NCBI GenBank assembly: GCA_965224705.1
Contig: OZ245056.1
Coordinates: 2,592,001 to 2,656,000 of the forward strand
Length of the DNA stretch: 64,000 nucleotides
Reading direction: 5' to 3'
From: Spirochaetaceae bacterium
GTDB lineage: Bacteria; Spirochaetota; Spirochaetia; DSM-2461
Both the position numbers and the translations under genes were made by a program. The notes beneath the pieces are model-generated. The model was not told where the DNA came from, did no database searches, and saw only the letters and a program-made list of their open reading frames with translations. Shown here piece after piece: positions 29,201 to 36,571 of this stretch (the stretch's first letter is position 1; the number at the start of each line of letters is the position of its first letter).

Positions 29201-32120
29201 AACTGTTACGGCCCTCACTCAGAGTACACATTCCATTGCTTCATTCCTTTCAGGCACCTATACGGCCGGAACCGATTATAAATTATCAATAGTGGCTGAT
29301 GATCCGCAGAAGCAAAACATAACAGGGGCCATTACCATCGACTCTGCTGCCCATGAAATACGCATAGGCCAGGGAGTTACAGTGGCTGATGCCGGTGATT
29401 ACACAATTACCGCAACAGGAATCAACAACTACACCGGGACTTCATTGACAACCGCAAGATTTACTCTGACTGTTAATCGACAGGACCTTACAGCAATCAG
29501 TGTTTTTGTTCAGAATCCATCTTCCAGTAAAACTGTTGATGTTTTCACATCGGATACGCATTCCATTGCTTTACTCCTTTCAGGCTCCTATACGGCCGGA
29601 ACTGACTATACACTGTCCATAGCTCCTGCCCCGTCGAATCAAAACACAACAGGGGCCATTACCATCGCTCCTGATACCGGTGTAATAAGCATAGATTCGG
29701 GAGTTACAGTGGCTGATGCCGGTAGCTACACGATTACCGCAACAGGAATCAATAATTACATCAATCCTTCATCAACAACCGCCACATTCACTCTGACGGT
29801 TACTCCGAAGGACTTTACAACAGCCAGTGTTTTTGTTCAGAATCCATCATCCAGTAAAACTGTTACGGCTCTCACTCAGAATACACATTCCATTGCTTCA
29901 TTCCTTTCAGGCACCTATACGGCCGGAACCGACTATACACTGTCCATAGCTCCTGTCCAGTCAACTCAAAACACAACAGGGGCCATTACCATTGATTCTG
30001 CTACCGGTGAAATAAGTATAGACCAGGGAGTCACAGTGGCTGATGCCGGTGATTACACGATTACCGCAACAGGAATCAACAATTACATCAATGCTTCATC
30101 GACAACAGCCACATTCACTCTGACTGTTGGTCCGAAGGGCTTCAATAATGCTCCAATCTTTGATACAAATTCACTGAGTGCCACTGTTGACTTTCAAACG
30201 ACAACTTCGCATAGCATTCTTCTTACTGGATCAGGATATACATTCGGAACCGACTATGATTTATCAATAGCGGCTGATGATCCGCAGAATCAAAACACAA
30301 CAGGGGCCATTACCATCGATTCTGCTACCGGTAAAATAAGCATAGGTTCGGGAGTTACAGTGAATGATACCGGTACCTACACTGTCACTGCAACAGGAGA
30401 GGGTAATTACTCCGGTGTTTCAACAGCAAGCTTTTCGCTGAAAGTTGTTATACCGCTGAGTACCGTTGCCGGATTCCAGTTGAGTGTTACTGATCGAACA
30501 TTCACAAGCAGTACGACAGGGCATTATGCTGATGTAACAGCAGGCGGCCTCACAGCGGGAACAGACTATCGGCTGAGAATTGAACCGGCAACAGATGCCA
30601 GTATCGACAATGCAGGACTCATATCACTCACCAATCCAGCAGGCGGTGCTTCTTATACTGTGATAGCAGAGGGAATTGGAAACTACCAAGGTGAGATAGA
30701 GGATTCTTTCACGCTTCGAGAGTCACTTTCCAGTGCAGGATTCAAGTTATCGATGAAAGATTATACTGTTTTTTCCGGTGATATGAGTCTGGTGCCCGCA
30801 AAAATAGACAATCAAAAGTCAGCTAATTACACACTTTCGCTGGTGGATTCAGGCGGGAATGGAAATCCTGCCGGAATAAGTATCAATGCGAGAGGGTGGA
30901 TTTCAATTCCCGGCAGTATTGATGCCAATGATTCCGGAGAATACACGGTGATCGCTGCCGGAACAGGAGATTACGGAGGTACTGTCAAAGCAACATTCAA
31001 TCTGACGGTTTCGGATTCTGATTTCATCTACGATGATATCTTTGTCACTGCTGTAGTCACTGCTTCCGGAGGAACTTCCTGGCAGTCCTTTAAAGCTTCC
31101 AATATGGCTATGACGCCTTCCTGGAAAAACTCCCCTTCCACTCCCGCCGGTACTGTCTTCTCGGTACCCAACCCTTCGGATAAGCCTGGCTGGCTATACC
31201 TTGATTCTCAAACCGGAGAGCTGTCGGGTACACCTACAGCGATTGGATTTGGAAGCTTCATCATTGAAGCAAGCTTATCCGGTGCTGCTGAAACCACCAC
31301 AGTGAACTGGTTTGTCGGGGTACAGCCGACGAACAAGGATGAACTGAGAACAGCCGTGCAGGTTGAACTGGCAAGATATAAAAGTATGACCCCCTCGGTA
31401 ACGGAGTATCAGGATCTCAGAACTATTGATACAAGTCTGATGACAGATATGAGTGAGCTTTTCCATGTAAACAGCTCCAATCTACCTCAGTATGCAGTGA
31501 AATTCAACGGGGATATTTCAAGCTGGGATGTCAGCAATGTGACCGACATGAGCAAAATGTTCTGTTCCAATGGTAGTACCCCCATGGCGTTTACAGGAGT
31601 ATTTGAGTCTTCTGACGGTTCTATTCATAGTATCTCAGAGTGGGATGTCAGCCGTGTCACCAACATGGAGGAAATGTTTTTAAATGCGGACAACTTCGGG
31701 GAATTGAATAATAGTCAATATGATATACTGGCTGAATGGGATGTCAGCAATGTCACAAACATGGCCGGTATGTTTAAAAGAAACGCTACATTCAATCAGG
31801 ATATTTCAGCCTGGGATGTTGGCAGTGTAACAACCATGCAGGAAATGTTCCAGAATGCAGACAATTTCAATCAGGATATTTCAAAATGGCATGTCAGTAG
31901 TGTAACAACCATGCAGGCAATGTTCCTGTCTGCAGACGATTTTAACCAGGATATTTCAGAATGGAATGTCGGCAGAGTAACAGACATGACGGCAATGTTT
32001 AATTCAGCAACCAGTTTCAACCAGGATTTGAATGCCTGGAATGTCGATTCCTCAGTGAGTACAAGTAGCATGTTTCACAACAGCGGCGTAGCGCAAAATC
32101 CGCCTCACTGGTATCCGTGA
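26202..32120 (+). CDS. Surface lipoprotein copy 3: 9 stalk repeats, C-terminal DUF285/BspA-like LRR
   Basis: Lipobox LAAC. Nine ~110-aa repeats (YTAGTDY.LSI...NTTGAITID...AGDYTITATGINNY) and 7 DUF285-type repeats. Alternative start at 26184. Confidence 0.88.
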   Translation: MKTVVFLFFASIFSVLLLAACGNPVELSVTDISTLTLSYSDFSGSLDPAEVQKISPKGTLVRLAAGRDVEYAIAPQTDGITVDPHGVVLVDADAPVNPGGTEYTVTATGAGAYVNTQTATVTIKVVVPSGPTLDGTVAYDSIGTVFGTQAVGSAPDASSLTGSDGSVLLPPLRYTASDGSKELAPGITIAEATGIITVAGTIDARTETHYTIMVSADGYQPVMLNGAVSITVDQLALQDLDYAIVTGVENTPITSTPPTIEPAGAIVKYSLSPGTQLPAGLDIDEDTGAIYGQTSSPVPSGTYSVTAAAADKNHTGSLTADVQVIVYSSTTPTITGTLTYSPISTTYGQGPVSAGIQSSTLASSRGSTNPLSSIQYTATDGTAQLAPGVTIDANSGEITVNSIAANAMTTSKYDVRITADNHQAATISNAVSVTVDRQDFTGVSVFTQNSLPDVDAIALTQSNQLIDSYLSSSYTAGTDYTLSIAPAPSNQNTTGAITIDSATGEISIDQGVTVDDDGDYTITATGINNYKNASLTTATFTLTVDPKDFTAAKVLDSSQSYGKTVTALTMARKRIVLLNTNTYTAGTDYELSIAADDPQKQNTTGAITIDSATHEIHIGSGVTVDDAGGYTITATGINNYKNASSTTARFTLGVTPKDFKAANVFQTLSSSKTVDVFTSDTHSIASFLSGTYTAGTDYTLSIAPAPSNQNTTGAITIDSATGVISIGSGVTVNDAGDYTITATGINNYKNASSTTATFTLTVKPKDFTGVSVFTQNSLPDVDAIALTQSTQSIASLLSGTYTAGTDYKLSIVADDPQKQNTTGAITIDSAAHEIRIGQGVTVADAGDYTITATGINNYTGTSLTTARFTLTVNRQDFTGASVFTQNSLPDVDAIALTQSTHSIASLLSGTYTAGTDYRLSIAPAQPTQNTAGAITIDPDSGKISIGQGVTVADAGDYTITATGINNYKNASSTTATFTLTVKPKDFTGVSVFTQNPSSSKTVTALTQSTHSIASFLSGTYTAGTDYKLSIVADDPQKQNITGAITIDSAAHEIRIGQGVTVADAGDYTITATGINNYTGTSLTTARFTLTVNRQDLTAISVFVQNPSSSKTVDVFTSDTHSIALLLSGSYTAGTDYTLSIAPAPSNQNTTGAITIAPDTGVISIDSGVTVADAGSYTITATGINNYINPSSTTATFTLTVTPKDFTTASVFVQNPSSSKTVTALTQNTHSIASFLSGTYTAGTDYTLSIAPVQSTQNTTGAITIDSATGEISIDQGVTVADAGDYTITATGINNYINASSTTATFTLTVGPKGFNNAPIFDTNSLSATVDFQTTTSHSILLTGSGYTFGTDYDLSIAADDPQNQNTTGAITIDSATGKISIGSGVTVNDTGTYTVTATGEGNYSGVSTASFSLKVVIPLSTVAGFQLSVTDRTFTSSTTGHYADVTAGGLTAGTDYRLRIEPATDASIDNAGLISLTNPAGGASYTVIAEGIGNYQGEIEDSFTLRESLSSAGFKLSMKDYTVFSGDMSLVPAKIDNQKSANYTLSLVDSGGNGNPAGISINARGWISIPGSIDANDSGEYTVIAAGTGDYGGTVKATFNLTVSDSDFIYDDIFVTAVVTASGGTSWQSFKASNMAMTPSWKNSPSTPAGTVFSVPNPSDKPGWLYLDSQTGELSGTPTAIGFGSFIIEASLSGAAETTTVNWFVGVQPTNKDELRTAVQVELARYKSMTPSVTEYQDLRTIDTSLMTDMSELFHVNSSNLPQYAVKFNGDISSWDVSNVTDMSKMFCSNGSTPMAFTGVFESSDGSIHSISEWDVSRVTNMEEMFLNADNFGELNNSQYDILAEWDVSNVTNMAGMFKRNATFNQDISAWDVGSVTTMQEMFQNADNFNQDISKWHVSSVTTMQAMFLSADDFNQDISEWNVGRVTDMTAMFNSATSFNQDLNAWNVDSSVSTSSMFHNSGVAQNPPHWYP
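27500..30450 (+). repeat. Nine tandem ~330-bp intragenic repeats (Ig-like stalk)
   Basis: CAAAACACAACAGGGGCCATTACCAT and ACCGCAACAGGAATCAACAACTAC (or close variants) recur about every 327-333 nt. Boundaries are approximate. Confidence 0.9.
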
Positions 32121-32193
32121 AGGAACATCTGAGCGGGTTTGATGGTGATGAATAGCATGCCATAAAAATATGCGGCTCTCTCGACAGCATCCG

Positions 32194-32488
32194 CTAGGAG
32201 CCTGTCGGACTTCCGCCTCACGGCTCGATTTTTGGCCCTTCTCTCCAGAAGCAAGCCTCCTGCTTGCTTCTGGAGAGCCGCCTTCGTTCGTTTTCGCCGC
32301 CATCCGTGGCGGCTTTTCCTCGCTATCGCTCGGCACTCTCTCAGGATGCGAGTCCATAGACTCGCATCCCCTGCTGCGGCGTTGCCGAAATACTCACGTA
32401 GCCCAGCTACGCTCCGTTTTCGTCGCCTTGCATCAGGAAAAAATCATCAAAAATCGCCTCGAAGTCTTAAAGTCCGACAGACTCCTGG
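32194..32488. mobile_element. MITE copy C (295 bp) with nested hairpin modules
   Basis: CTAG-GAGCCTGTCGGACTT...AAGTCCGACAGACTC-CTGG. Equals copy B plus a ~126-bp internal insert of palindromes. Confidence 0.85.
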
Positions 32489-32527
32489 AATTAATGCATT
32501 TTCAGAAGAATCATTTCTATGTAGAAA

Positions 32528-32556
32528 TTGACATTGCTGCAATCATTGTGTATTTT
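32528..32556 (+). promoter_or_regulatory. Promoter of lipoprotein copy 4
   Basis: TTGACA-N17-TATTTT. Spacer contains TGCAATcATTGTG. Confidence 0.6.
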
Positions 32557-32564
32557 TATGATAG

Positions 32565-34697
32565 ATGGGGATCACTCATGTTGCAAAAAGAACACCTTTC
32601 CAGTTTTTTTGTGCATCCCTTGTATCATTGCTGACAGCCTGTGGTGATCCAGTTGAGTTGACAGTCACAGATATTTCAACCCTTACTCTTTCATATCCCG
32701 ATTTTGCCGACAGCCTGGATCCGGCAGAAGTCCAGAAGATCCCGCCGAAAGGAACTCTTGTGAGACTGGCTGCGGGACGTGATGTTAGCTATACTATTGC
32801 ACCGCAAACTAACGGTATTACAGTCAACCCTCATGGTGTTATTCTGGTCACTGCCGATGTACCTGTGAATCCCGGCGGTACTGAGTACACTGTAACCGCA
32901 ACAGGAGCAGGTGCTTATGTGAATACTCAAACAGCAACATTTCTACTGACAATTAACAAGCAGGACTTAAGTACCGTTGCCGGATTCCAGTTGAATGCTG
33001 CTGACAAAGTATTCACAGGCAGCGATACAACACACTATGTCGATGTAGCAGGCGGTCTCACAGCGGGAACAGACTATCAGCTAACAATCAGTCCATCGAT
33101 CAGTGCGAGTATCAGCGAGGCAGGACTCATATCAATCACCGGTTCATTGAAGGGTGGTGATGTTTATGAAGTGACAGCAGCGGGAATTAACAACTACACA
33201 GGCACGGTCAGGAAGTCTTTCACGCTTCGAGAGTCACTTTTTTTAACAGGATTCAGATTATCAATGGAAGATTATACTGTTTTTTCCGGTGATATGAGTC
33301 TGGTGCCCGCAGTCATAGACAATCAAAAGTTAGCTGATTACACACTTTCGCTGGTGGATTCAGGCGGGATTGTAAATCCTGCCGGAATAAGTATCAATGC
33401 GGGGGGGTGGATTTCAATTCCCGGCAGTATCAGTACCAATGATTCCGGAGAATACACGGTGATTGCTGCCGGAACAGGAAATTACGGAGGTACTGTCAAA
33501 GCAACATTCAATCTGACGGTTTCGGATTCTGATTTCATCTACAATGATTTCTTTGTCATCGCTACGGCCACTGCTCATTCCGGAGGAGGAGCTTCCTGGC
33601 AGTCCTTCAGTGCTCCCACTATGGCTATGACGCCTTCCTGGAAAAACTCCCCTCCCGCCGGTACTATCTTCTCGGTACCCAACCCTTCGGATAAGCCTGG
33701 CTGGCTATACCTTGATTCTCAAACCGGAGAGCTGTCGGGTACACCTGGAGCGATTGGATTTGGAAGCTTCATCATTGAAGCAGAATTATCCGGTGCTGTT
33801 ACAAGCACCACAGTGAATTGGTTTGTTGGGGTACAGCCGGAGAACAAGGATGAACTGAAAACAGCCGTGCGGGTTGAACTGGCAAGGTATGCCAGTATGA
33901 ACGTAACGGAGTATCAGGATCTCAGAGCTATTGATACAAGTCTGATGACAGATATGAGTGATCTCTTCTATGTAGACAGCTCCAATCAACCTCAGTATGC
34001 ATTGGATTTCAACGGGGATATTTCAAGCTGGGATGTCAGCAATGTGACCAATATGAGCGGAATGTTCCGCTCCAAAGCCGACAGCATGAGTTTTACAGGA
34101 GTGTTCAAGTCCTCTTCCAACTCTATTCACAGTATCTCAAAGTGGGATGTCAGCAATGTTACCAATATGGAATATATGTTTACGAATGCAGACAGGTTGG
34201 GAGTATTGGACGGTGTTCCCTATCCGGTACTGGCTGAATGGGATGTCAGCAATGTCACAAACATGGCCAGGATGTTTGAAAAAAATGATTCTACTAACCT
34301 GGACATTTCGAATTGGGATACCAGCAGTGTCACAAACATGTGCGGTATGTTCGCATATGCAGAAAATTTTAACCAGAACATCTCAAATTGGAATGTCAGC
34401 AGTGTGACAGACATGATGGATATGTTCACATTAGCAAAAAGATTTGATCAGGATATCTCAAATTGGAATGTCAGCAATGTCATAAACATGCAGGCAATGT
34501 TCCTGTTTGCAACCGATTTTAATCAGAATATTTCAGAATGGAATGTCGGCAATGTAGCAGACATGCGGTCAATGTTTAAGTCAGCAGCCAGTTTTAACCA
34601 GGCTCTGGATAATTGGAGTGTCGATTCTTCAGTGGCAACAGAAAGCATGTTTTTCCAGAGCGGAGTTGAGAATCTGCCGGAGTGGTATTCTCCATGA
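32565..34697 (+). CDS. Surface lipoprotein copy 4: no stalk repeats, C-terminal DUF285/BspA-like LRR (start uncertain)
   Basis: Lipobox LTAC. Shares N-terminal and pre-LRR domains with copies 1-3. Eight DUF285-type repeats. Confidence 0.82.
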   Translation: MGITHVAKRTPFQFFCASLVSLLTACGDPVELTVTDISTLTLSYPDFADSLDPAEVQKIPPKGTLVRLAAGRDVSYTIAPQTNGITVNPHGVILVTADVPVNPGGTEYTVTATGAGAYVNTQTATFLLTINKQDLSTVAGFQLNAADKVFTGSDTTHYVDVAGGLTAGTDYQLTISPSISASISEAGLISITGSLKGGDVYEVTAAGINNYTGTVRKSFTLRESLFLTGFRLSMEDYTVFSGDMSLVPAVIDNQKLADYTLSLVDSGGIVNPAGISINAGGWISIPGSISTNDSGEYTVIAAGTGNYGGTVKATFNLTVSDSDFIYNDFFVIATATAHSGGGASWQSFSAPTMAMTPSWKNSPPAGTIFSVPNPSDKPGWLYLDSQTGELSGTPGAIGFGSFIIEAELSGAVTSTTVNWFVGVQPENKDELKTAVRVELARYASMNVTEYQDLRAIDTSLMTDMSDLFYVDSSNQPQYALDFNGDISSWDVSNVTNMSGMFRSKADSMSFTGVFKSSSNSIHSISKWDVSNVTNMEYMFTNADRLGVLDGVPYPVLAEWDVSNVTNMARMFEKNDSTNLDISNWDTSSVTNMCGMFAYAENFNQNISNWNVSSVTDMMDMFTLAKRFDQDISNWNVSNVINMQAMFLFATDFNQNISEWNVGNVADMRSMFKSAASFNQALDNWSVDSSVATESMFFQSGVENLPEWYSP

Positions 34698-34853
34698 AGG
34701 AGCATCTGAACGGGCTTAATGATATGGATAGCAGTACTGTCCTGTCGCACAGGATAATCCCGTGCTGTTTTGAGTAGAATTTCTTCAGATGTTCTATTGA
34801 CGAAACAAACAAGGTCAATTAAAGTCGATTCCACGCATCCAGGGGTATTCAGC

Positions 34854-34927
<74 letters not shown>

Positions 34928-34948
34928 GGAATTATAAATATGCGGTCC

Positions 34949-36571
34949 TCAGTGGGGCACACCCCGAATGCCTGCCGCCCAACGGCGGATTCTTGAATTG
35001 CGTATAACTTTTTTTTCCAATGCCCGGGCCAGAGTGTGTTCATCAGCAAAAATATTCACCCTGTCCCTTGCCCGTGTGAGGGCCGTATAGAGAATTTCCC
35101 GTGAGAGAAGTCTCTCTGCCCCGTTGGGCAGAATAATTGAAACCGAATCATATTCTGATCCCTGACTTTTATGAATTGTCTGCATCCAGGCAGGTTCCCA
35201 GCCCGGCAGGAGGGCCAGGGGCAGATTTTGTTCTCCGTCCGAAGTCTGAAAAACTGCATTCAAACGGTCACCTTCATTCTTCAGTAAGCCCCTCTCACCA
35301 TTCCAGAGGTTTCGGGAGGCATCGTTACGGGTAATGACTATGGGCATGCCGTTAAGTGGGTAATCTCTTCCTCCCAGAATCCGCGAGATTTTCTCGTTCA
35401 TCTCGATAACTCCCCAGGGTCCCCGGCGCTGAGGTGTTAATGCTGTAAACTCATGAGTATTCTGCCTGTACTCAGATGCTATGATTTCTGCCATCTTCTC
35501 CCTTCCTTCCAGAGGAAGCAGATTGACTGAACTGCCATCAATAGAGGAGAGCAGGGCATTCATACGGCCTTCCCGGATAGCTGCGGCAGCTCTTAATACG
35601 GCTGTATTTGACCGGTAAACCGTGGTGAGTTGGAGAATAGAGCCCCGGAGAGGATCGCCGATCTTCTGTGTTCCGGCAATGAGGTCGCCAAAAAGGGCAC
35701 CGGCCTCCACCGATGGGAGCTGATCCGGATCGCCTGCCAGCAAAAGGACTGTTTCCGGTGCCATGCTGGACAGAAGGGTATTCATCAAAGGTAAATCAAC
35801 CATGGAGGCTTCATCCACCACGACCAGATTTGTTTCGAGAGGATTTTTCTGGCTGTGATATGTTTTTTTGCCGGGGTAGATACCAAGTAGATTATGGAGG
35901 GTACGTCCAATGTGTCCGGGTATGTTTTCAGCCATTCGAGAGGCCGCTCTGCCAGTCGGAGCGGTGAGAATTGTGCTATATGACGGGCCAAGTAGTTCAA
36001 GGACTTTTTCAATGGTTGTGGTTTTCCCCGTCCCCGGTCCTCCGGTGAGGAGAATAAGTTTTCTTCCCGATTTAATAAGGGATACTATTGCTTCGGCTGG
36101 ACTGGATTTGTTCTCAGGCATTGAATTGGAACCCGTGAAGGCTCTCTTGCTGAGCATGGTAAGGAAGAGGTCTTCCTCTCGTCGACGGCGAAGGAAGTAC
36201 AGGTAGGAACCGTCCGGGGTGAGTACAAGGGGAGGGCGGGGGATGGGCAAACTGTCTGCTGCATCATCATCGGCTTCCAGTCGGCCGATAAGCCCGCTTG
36301 ACTCACAGGTTTTCACCAGGGCCTCGGCACTTTCCTGCAGGCGAAGCGGCAGATCTTCCAGGTCAACTGCCCATTGTGGAGCTTCTTCAGCAATTTTTCC
36401 CATGTCAGTTCGTAGATGCCCGTTTCCTGCCTGTTCCGCCAGGTGGAAAAGAAGCCAGAACAGGTTTTCATTATCGGTGTCTGGAAAAAACCGGGTATAG
36501 AGGGAATGGGCAAGATGGATCCGAAAAGGGGAGAGATTGAGTTTGAGGGCTTTTTTCAGTATTGAAGTCAT
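34949..36571 (-). CDS. recD: Exodeoxyribonuclease V alpha subunit
   Basis: Motifs GGPGTGKTT, APTGRAA, DEASMVD, GDPDQLPSVEAG, TIHKSQGSEY and YTALTRAR. Confidence 0.92.
   Translation of the reverse strand: MTSILKKALKLNLSPFRIHLAHSLYTRFFPDTDNENLFWLLFHLAEQAGNGHLRTDMGKIAEEAPQWAVDLEDLPLRLQESAEALVKTCESSGLIGRLEADDDAADSLPIPRPPLVLTPDGSYLYFLRRRREEDLFLTMLSKRAFTGSNSMPENKSSPAEAIVSLIKSGRKLILLTGGPGTGKTTTIEKVLELLGPSYSTILTAPTGRAASRMAENIPGHIGRTLHNLLGIYPGKKTYHSQKNPLETNLVVVDEASMVDLPLMNTLLSSMAPETVLLLAGDPDQLPSVEAGALFGDLIAGTQKIGDPLRGSILQLTTVYRSNTAVLRAAAAIREGRMNALLSSIDGSSVNLLPLEGREKMAEIIASEYRQNTHEFTALTPQRRGPWGVIEMNEKISRILGGRDYPLNGMPIVITRNDASRNLWNGERGLLKNEGDRLNAVFQTSDGEQNLPLALLPGWEPAWMQTIHKSQGSEYDSVSIILPNGAERLLSREILYTALTRARDRVNIFADEHTLARALEKKVIRNSRIRRWAAGIRGVPH

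Noticed and set aside
23270..30450. CRISPR-like periodic repeats
   Set aside because: The repeats are ~330-nt (and 75-nt) in-frame coding units without unique spacers, and there are no cas genes.
32052..32634. ORFs 32052..32357, 32170..32634, 32232..32531 (and 18759..18956)
   Set aside because: They are translations of MITE sequence and show no transposase motifs.
21040..34740. Diversity-generating retroelement acting on the variable C-termini
   Set aside because: No reverse transcriptase and no non-coding template repeat in the window. Differences between copies include indels and block swaps rather than an evident adenine-only pattern.
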